DNA from: a virus
Reading direction: 5' to 3' (one strand)
Length of the DNA stretch: 19,205 nucleotides
Virus genome (UHGV): UHGV-0342274
Part shown: positions 15,181 to 19,205 of the stretch, one piece after another
How the letters are laid out: each line of letters begins with the position of its first letter
How positions within the stretch are numbered: position 1 is the first letter of the stretch
Notes under the pieces: model-generated
Told to the model about the DNA's origin: nothing
The model's database searches: none
What the model saw: the letters and a program-made list of their open reading frames with translations, nothing else
Made by a program: the position numbers and the translations under genes

Positions 15181-15687
15181 TTCACTACCGCCCTTTCGGA
15201 CGGCCTCCTGATGTTCTGAGGGTGCAGAAATCCCTCCGGTTAAGGATTAAATTTTTAACAGTGCTAAATTTAATTATTCAGTTCTGGATTTTGTCACCCT
15301 GCGTATCCGCGCTTTCCCGTTACGCTCAATCTGAATTAGCTTTTCTATATTTTTTCGTCTTTCCCGTTCCTCCTGGCGCAAGAGCCTTACATCATCTGCC
15401 AGTCTGGTTTCTCTTTTCGCCACAGAGAGCATCCAGTCAAATGGCTCCACAACTGCACCTCAGATTTTACAGCGGACCTGACGCTCTTTTTCGTCAACCC
15501 GGACAGAAGCGTGATGGCAATATGGTCTTTCCGATGGCTCATAAAGAAAATTAACCTGATTACGAGGGTCATCCTCTTTTATCGGAAATAAAACGATATT
15601 GCTTAACTAATCCTCTGGTTTTATTTCCATGCTCCTCTCCTTTGATGCGAATGCCAGCGGTAATTGAAGCCTGATAGCTAATTTCAC

Positions 15688-16110
15688 TCACAGTACCGCC
15701 TCCTGAAAATTACCCTGATAGAAAGCCAGTACACGCTGCATAGCTTCACTCTTCCGGCACTCGCGACAGATTATGTTTAGACGACTGTCGTAGCGACGTA
15801 TTTCTCCATCAGGTAGTGACCAGATAAGGTCCGGATCAACCACAGCGGGTTTCTTCACCTTCGCCCTAGAGAGTTTTTTGCGGGCATTTTGCCAGTCCTT
15901 TCGTGCCTGTTCAGACGGGAATAACCCGTAGCCGGAGTTGTATACATAACCACTGGCAACCAGCTCTCTGGCAAGAATGCTCATCAGATATCTTGTCGCA
16001 CCTGTTTTAGCTTCCAACTGTCGTAATGTCTCGCGACCGCTCTGGCGCACAAGTTCGACCACCTGCTCTTTAATTTTTTCCCGCTCTTCCTGTGTAAAAA
16101 CTTTTGCCAC
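15688..16110 (-). CDS. Hypothetical 140-aa protein downstream of the replication initiator
   Basis: GTG start at 16110 with strong AAGGAGG RBS 4 nt upstream; sits where a helicase-loader or partner protein would be, but is too short for lambda P or DnaC. Function unknown. Confidence 0.55.
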   Translation of the reverse strand: MAKVFTQEEREKIKEQVVELVRQSGRETLRQLEAKTGATRYLMSILARELVASGYVYNSGYGLFPSEQARKDWQNARKKLSRAKVKKPAVVDPDLIWSLPDGEIRRYDSRLNIICRECRKSEAMQRVLAFYQGNFQEAVL

Positions 16111-16150
16111 AAGTCCTCCTTAAAATTACCTCATGACCTGAAATCAACAC

Positions 16151-17116
16151 TTATCCCCTGAAACCAGGCGGAATTTCTGTATCCGGTTCAGAAATATGAT
16201 TCACACAACGCTGTACAGGTGAACGTCCCAAGCGGATGACCAGTTCGTCCCATTTTTCGCGGAGTTTTGACGGGCTCATGATGTTTTTTACCCAGAATGG
16301 ATCTCGCTGTACCCGACCAAACATTTCGCAAATTTGTCTGTGGCTTCTGCCATCCAGCATCCGCATTGTGCGCACGTCATTGGCCCAGGCTGTCCAGTTA
16401 GGCTCTTTTGGTCGCATGATCTCTCCATCGTCGCTGGCAGCCTGTTCGTAAAGGTTCACGATCCGCCCCCAAATCCACTGCGCACACGCCAAATCCTCCC
16501 TGCTACCCCACTGGCGTTTTTTCGCACTAAACACAACCGCGTCGGGGTTCCGGATTAAAAAATCCTGTTCAGCGGTCTGCGGGTCCGGTTGCGAAGCTTC
16601 CGGACGAAAAGTGTTTTTATTCTCTGTAGTAATCTCTGTTGTATTCTCTGTAAGATCATCAGGCCATTTTGACCCGATGACATTGGGTCGTTTTGAACCA
16701 ATGGAGCGTTTCATTTTGACCTCTTCCATCGTGTCATTTTGACCTGATGGAGCGGCGCATTTTGAACCGATGGATTCGTTCAATTTGCCACCATCTAAAA
16801 GCTCGCTCCCATAGTTGATCGTGTAGAAATTGGTCATATCGCGCTTTGATTTATTGAGCTTTTCACAACGCAAAAGCCCCAGCGTTTTCAGACTTGCAAA
16901 CGCGCGCTTTAACGTTGACTCTGACCAGAATGGGAACTGTTCCAGCCATTGTTCCGTTGTGTTGTAAATCCAGCGAACACCATCACATTCCATGCCGGAA
17001 TTGGTATCTCTCAACCAGTAATGCAACTGCTGCAACACAATGGCTTCATTTAAGCCAATCTTCATCGCAAGCTGTGTGTTTATAACCAGTGGGCGTTCAG
17101 CAAAAAGAAGGCTCAT
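16151..17116 (-). CDS. Replication initiator (lambda O-like / replisome organiser) containing the origin iterons
   Basis: N-terminal domain (LVINTQLAMKIGLNEAIVLQQLHYWL...WIYNTTEQWLEQFPFWSESTLKRAFASLKTLGLL) resembles phage replication-initiator winged-helix domains. The central coding region is built from the DNA iterons (SIGSK repeats). Start taken as ATG at 17116; the track start is an upstream TTG. Confidence 0.65.
   Translation of the reverse strand: MSLLFAERPLVINTQLAMKIGLNEAIVLQQLHYWLRDTNSGMECDGVRWIYNTTEQWLEQFPFWSESTLKRAFASLKTLGLLRCEKLNKSKRDMTNFYTINYGSELLDGGKLNESIGSKCAAPSGQNDTMEEVKMKRSIGSKRPNVIGSKWPDDLTENTTEITTENKNTFRPEASQPDPQTAEQDFLIRNPDAVVFSAKKRQWGSREDLACAQWIWGRIVNLYEQAASDDGEIMRPKEPNWTAWANDVRTMRMLDGRSHRQICEMFGRVQRDPFWVKNIMSPSKLREKWDELVIRLGRSPVQRCVNHISEPDTEIPPGFRG
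16600..16795. repeat. Phage replication origin: about six iterons plus an adjacent AT-rich tract with 11-bp-phased TCTCTGT repeats
   Basis: Direct repeats of CATTTTGACC-type cores at about 16666, 16690, 16712, 16736, 16759 and 16782 (spacing 23-24 bp), followed in the O direction by an AT-rich stretch (16600-16660) containing three TCTCTGT copies. Confidence 0.6.
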
Positions 17117-17618
17117 AATTCCATCCAGCTTTTTGTTGGTATTGCTGTCGATACGCAAGTTTGAAAGCAATTGCTTTTTCTATAAGTTCGTCAGTTTCAC
17201 GATCCACTACGGCAGGATCAGCAAAAAGCAGTCCGGACTCCACCACATCGCCATATTCTTTGTTTAACCCGGCGATCATGTACGTGATGCTTTTTCCGTC
17301 ACTAATTTCACGATACAACCTGAAATCATTAATCCGGATAGCCTCCATAATTGCAGGCACTAGCGCCGTGAACTTTTCACGCTTATCCCTGGTGTCGATA
17401 GCCTTCCAGCGTTCGAATATCTTCACTCGATTAACGCCAAGCGCTCGCTGATCAACCGCGCCACCTTCATCTGTGACACGCTGAACATCGATGTTCGGGC
17501 GCTCTTTCAAAGCCCAGAATGCTTCAGTGATTAATATCGTCGCCTGCTCCTGTGTCATTCCTGGTCGACATATCCAGGCATCCAGAGCCTCACGAGCCTG
17601 TTCAGGAGTGATTTTCAT
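17097..17618 (-). CDS. Hypothetical 173-aa protein downstream of cro
   Basis: ATG at 17618 overlapping the end of the cro-like gene; occupies the cII-position of lambdoid early-right operons but shows no recognisable CII similarity. Confidence 0.45.
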   Translation of the reverse strand: MKITPEQAREALDAWICRPGMTQEQATILITEAFWALKERPNIDVQRVTDEGGAVDQRALGVNRVKIFERWKAIDTRDKREKFTALVPAIMEAIRINDFRLYREISDGKSITYMIAGLNKEYGDVVESGLLFADPAVVDRETDELIEKAIAFKLAYRQQYQQKAGWNYEPSFC

Positions 17619-17829
17619 TGTTCAACCGCCCCGCCCGCTTCGTCTTACGATATTCGTCATAAACCTTGGGATCATACAGAAGCTCCCCGCCAGATGCCTC
17701 CTGTAGACGCATCGCGCGACCTTCAGGAACCAGCTCTTGCCATTGAGAAACAGCAGATGGGTCAACGCCAGCAGCTTTCGCTACTTTGGCTTTCGTACCG
17801 TAAAAATTAATTACGTCTGATTTAAACAT
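17602..17829 (-). CDS. Cro-like repressor (P22 Cro / DicC-like HTH)
   Basis: 75 aa from ATG at 17829 with GGAGGTG RBS: MFKSDVINFYGTKAKVAKAAGVDPSAVSQWQELVPEGRAMRLQEASGGEL..., resembling recalled P22 Cro. Divergent from the DicA-like gene. Confidence 0.7.
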   Translation of the reverse strand: MFKSDVINFYGTKAKVAKAAGVDPSAVSQWQELVPEGRAMRLQEASGGELLYDPKVYDEYRKTKRAGRLNNENHS

Positions 17830-17906
17830 CGCACCTCCAATATTGAGTTTTCTCAATGCTAATCACTCAAGGAATCTCAAGTCAAGGGTTATTAAGATAT
17901 CTAAAT
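17830..17906. promoter_or_regulatory. Divergent immunity-region promoters and operators
   Basis: Minus-strand cro promoter TTGACT-17/18 nt-TAGCAT. Palindrome TTGAGTTTTCTCAA at 17843-17856. Direct repeats CTCAAG at 17866-17871 and 17876-17881. The repressor start has no SD, suggesting leaderless or near-leaderless translation. Confidence 0.45.
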
Positions 17907-18314
17907 ATGAACGAGAAAACTTTAGGTCAACGCATTAGAGAAAGACGTAAGCAGGTAGGCTTAAGTCAAAACGGTTTAAGCAAAGCTGCTGGCGTATCTG
18001 GCTCATCAATTTCATTATGGGAAAGTGACCATACAGCCCCGCGTGGGCAAAATTTGCATCGCCTCGCCGAGGTATTGCAATGTTCACCAACCTGGATACT
18101 GTTTGGCGACGAGGACAAAACACCAGCTCCCCCTGTTTCACTCGATAGTGCCTTAGACTTATCGGAAGATGAGTTAGAGATGCTGCGTTTGTATCGCGCA
18201 CTTCCTAAATCAGAGCAACAAGCACAACTCAGCGAACTCCGCGCCCGCGTTGAGAATTTTAATCGCCTGTTCACCGAGCTATTAGAGGCTCGCAAACGCA
18301 ACAAGCATCAATAA
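17907..18314 (+). CDS. dicA: DicA-like HTH-XRE repressor (CI analogue lacking a peptidase domain)
   Basis: 135 aa from ATG at 17907: MNEKTLGQRIRERRKQVGLSQNGLSKAAGVSGSSISLWESDHTAPRGQNLHRLAEVLQCSPTWILFGDEDK.... The block LQCSPTWILFGDEDK and the length match my recollection of Qin DicA. The track ORF begins at an upstream in-frame ATG. Confidence 0.8.
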   Translation: MNEKTLGQRIRERRKQVGLSQNGLSKAAGVSGSSISLWESDHTAPRGQNLHRLAEVLQCSPTWILFGDEDKTPAPPVSLDSALDLSEDELEMLRLYRALPKSEQQAQLSELRARVENFNRLFTELLEARKRNKHQ

Positions 18315-18378
18315 TCATCCCTTCACAAAATTTTAAAGCCTTACATTTCAATGTATTGGCTTTATCTTGCGCCAATAC

Positions 18379-18430
18379 TTGAGTTTTCTCATCAAAAAAC
18401 CTTGACGAAAAATAATGAGAAAACTAAATT
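18379..18430 (+). promoter_or_regulatory. Candidate repressor-controlled promoter downstream of dicA (dicB-operon-like)
   Basis: -35 TTGACG (18402-18407), 17-nt spacer, -10 TAAATT (18425-18430). Operator-like TTGAGTTTTCTCAT upstream (18379-18392) and its inverted copy ATGAGAAAACT inside the spacer (18415-18425). Confidence 0.5.
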
Positions 18431-18506
18431 ACCTCCATCAACACACCGCACGGTGTTCTCAGCAAACAGTTCCGCTACCCCGGCGTTAAGGGGAAATGAG
18501 GTCAGC

Positions 18507-18659
18507 ATGGATACTATCGATCTTGGCAACAGCGAATCTCTGGTATGTGGCGTGTTCCCCAACCAGGACGGTACGTTCACCGCGATGACATATACCAAAA
18601 GCAAAACGTTTAAAACCGAATCTGGCGCGCGTTGCTGGTTAGCCAGAAACACTGACTGA
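18507..18659 (+). CDS. ydfA: YdfA-like small protein
   Basis: 50 aa from ATG at 18507 with GAGG RBS: MDTIDLGNSESLVCGVFPNQDGTFTAMTYTKSKTFKTESGARCWLARNTD. Size and position (first gene after dicA) match recalled Qin ydfA. The track ORF is extended upstream. Confidence 0.55.
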   Translation: MDTIDLGNSESLVCGVFPNQDGTFTAMTYTKSKTFKTESGARCWLARNTD

Positions 18660-18670
18660 TGAGGCTGACG

Positions 18671-19036
18671 ATGGAATTTAAAGATTTACCGTCTGATGTA
18701 CAGAAAACAGCAGCTCATACATTGCATTCTGTGCTGCGAGAAATCGGGAAAGATATTGCAAGCGAGCCAGCAAAAGATCTGGCCCGGAAAATCAAGACCG
18801 CTTTCGTTGAGCTTTATAATGTTGGCACTGACTCTGAAACTGTCGAGACCAAGACCGTAAGTTCACCAATATTCTCACTTGAGCCAGGCGTATTATCAGG
18901 TGAAATATGCACCGAGATTTCCAGCGAACTGCTTCCGGTAATACGAGAAGCAATTTGCCGTCGCGGTTTGGATGGAAGTTACGATCATGACGTCCTGCAA
19001 GTTCTCAGGACAATGGTGACTTCACTGGGGATTTGA
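18671..19036 (+). CDS. Hypothetical 121-aa protein
   Basis: ATG at 18671 with GAGG about 6 nt upstream; an alternative start at 18659 overlaps the ydfA-like stop. Confidence 0.45.
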   Translation: MEFKDLPSDVQKTAAHTLHSVLREIGKDIASEPAKDLARKIKTAFVELYNVGTDSETVETKTVSSPIFSLEPGVLSGEICTEISSELLPVIREAICRRGLDGSYDHDVLQVLRTMVTSLGI

Positions 19037-19205
19037 TCCCTGCGTCCTCTAACCTTTTGATATAGCGGTCCTCCAAGAAGCGGTAAATTTTGTCGAAATC
19101 ATCTTTCCCCTCTGGTTTATTCAGAGGATTACAGGACCCGTAAGTAGCGGCATACATTTCAACCGTTTTATCAAAAATATAAGAGACAAATTCTTCTTTA
19201 GTCAT
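19005..19205 (-). CDS. Hypothetical protein, probably partial (5' end at or beyond window edge)
   Basis: 66-aa ORF beginning with ATG exactly at the last three bases of the window; convergent with and overlapping the 121-aa gene by 32 nt. Cannot tell whether this ATG is the true start. Confidence 0.25.
   Translation of the reverse strand: MTKEEFVSYIFDKTVEMYAATYGSCNPLNKPEGKDDFDKIYRFLEDRYIKRLEDAGIKSPVKSPLS

Noticed and set aside
15222-15572. Track ORFs 15222..15554 (+) and 15387..15572 (-) in the ORF-poor 15181-15687 region
   Set aside because: No RBS, low-complexity composition; the region is more simply a decayed gene remnant (see the junction-box finding). Not excluded as a non-coding element.
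16236-17451. Plus-strand ORFs inside the O-like and 173-aa genes (16236..16451, 16334..16558, 16894..17085, 17040..17267, 17161..17451)
   Set aside because: Antisense to the replication initiator and its upstream gene; no independent translation signals.
17935-18304. Minus-strand ORFs 17935..18201 and 17966..18304 antisense to the dicA-like gene
   Set aside because: Nested in the DicA-like repressor ORF, which carries a highly recognisable motif; antisense shadow frames.
18392-18652. Minus-strand ORF 18392..18652 antisense to the ydfA-like gene and its promoter
   Set aside because: Overlaps the predicted promoter and the ydfA-like ORF; no RBS.

Overview
The window reads as a nearly continuous, minus-strand-transcribed segment of a mosaic lambdoid prophage of the E. 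coli/Shigella type. It has a Qin-like early backbone joined to a 933W-like late region; nothing here looks like core chromosome. From high to low coordinates (the direction of phage transcription): a divergent immunity pair (DicA-like repressor on +, P22-Cro/DicC-like on -) with shared operator motifs and a YdfA-like gene downstream; a replication module (O-like initiator carrying about six origin iterons plus an AT-rich tract); a nin-like block of small, translationally coupled genes with a thrice-repeated junction box; hokD without relBE; a low-GC two-gene moron cassette (unknown 216-aa protein plus an HTH-XRE/ImmA-IrrE metallopeptidase fusion) bracketed by two copies of the same terminator hairpin; a DUF968/YdfU-like gene; RusA; a lambda-type Q antiterminator with a recognisable pR' and a close tR'; an orphan N6-adenine methyltransferase; three tRNA genes (Ile2-CAU, Arg-UCG, Arg-UCU); an AT-rich segment at the position where Stx phages carry stx; a NanS-p-like esterase; and a pinholin/SAR-endolysin/Rz/Rz1 lysis cassette interrupted by extra genes, followed by a lipoprotein gene running off the window. 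The best candidate for an undescribed system is the terminator-bracketed two-gene cassette at about 10.8-12.7 kb. All calls rest on reading the sequence and recalled family features; no database search or computation was run, and GC statements are by eye.
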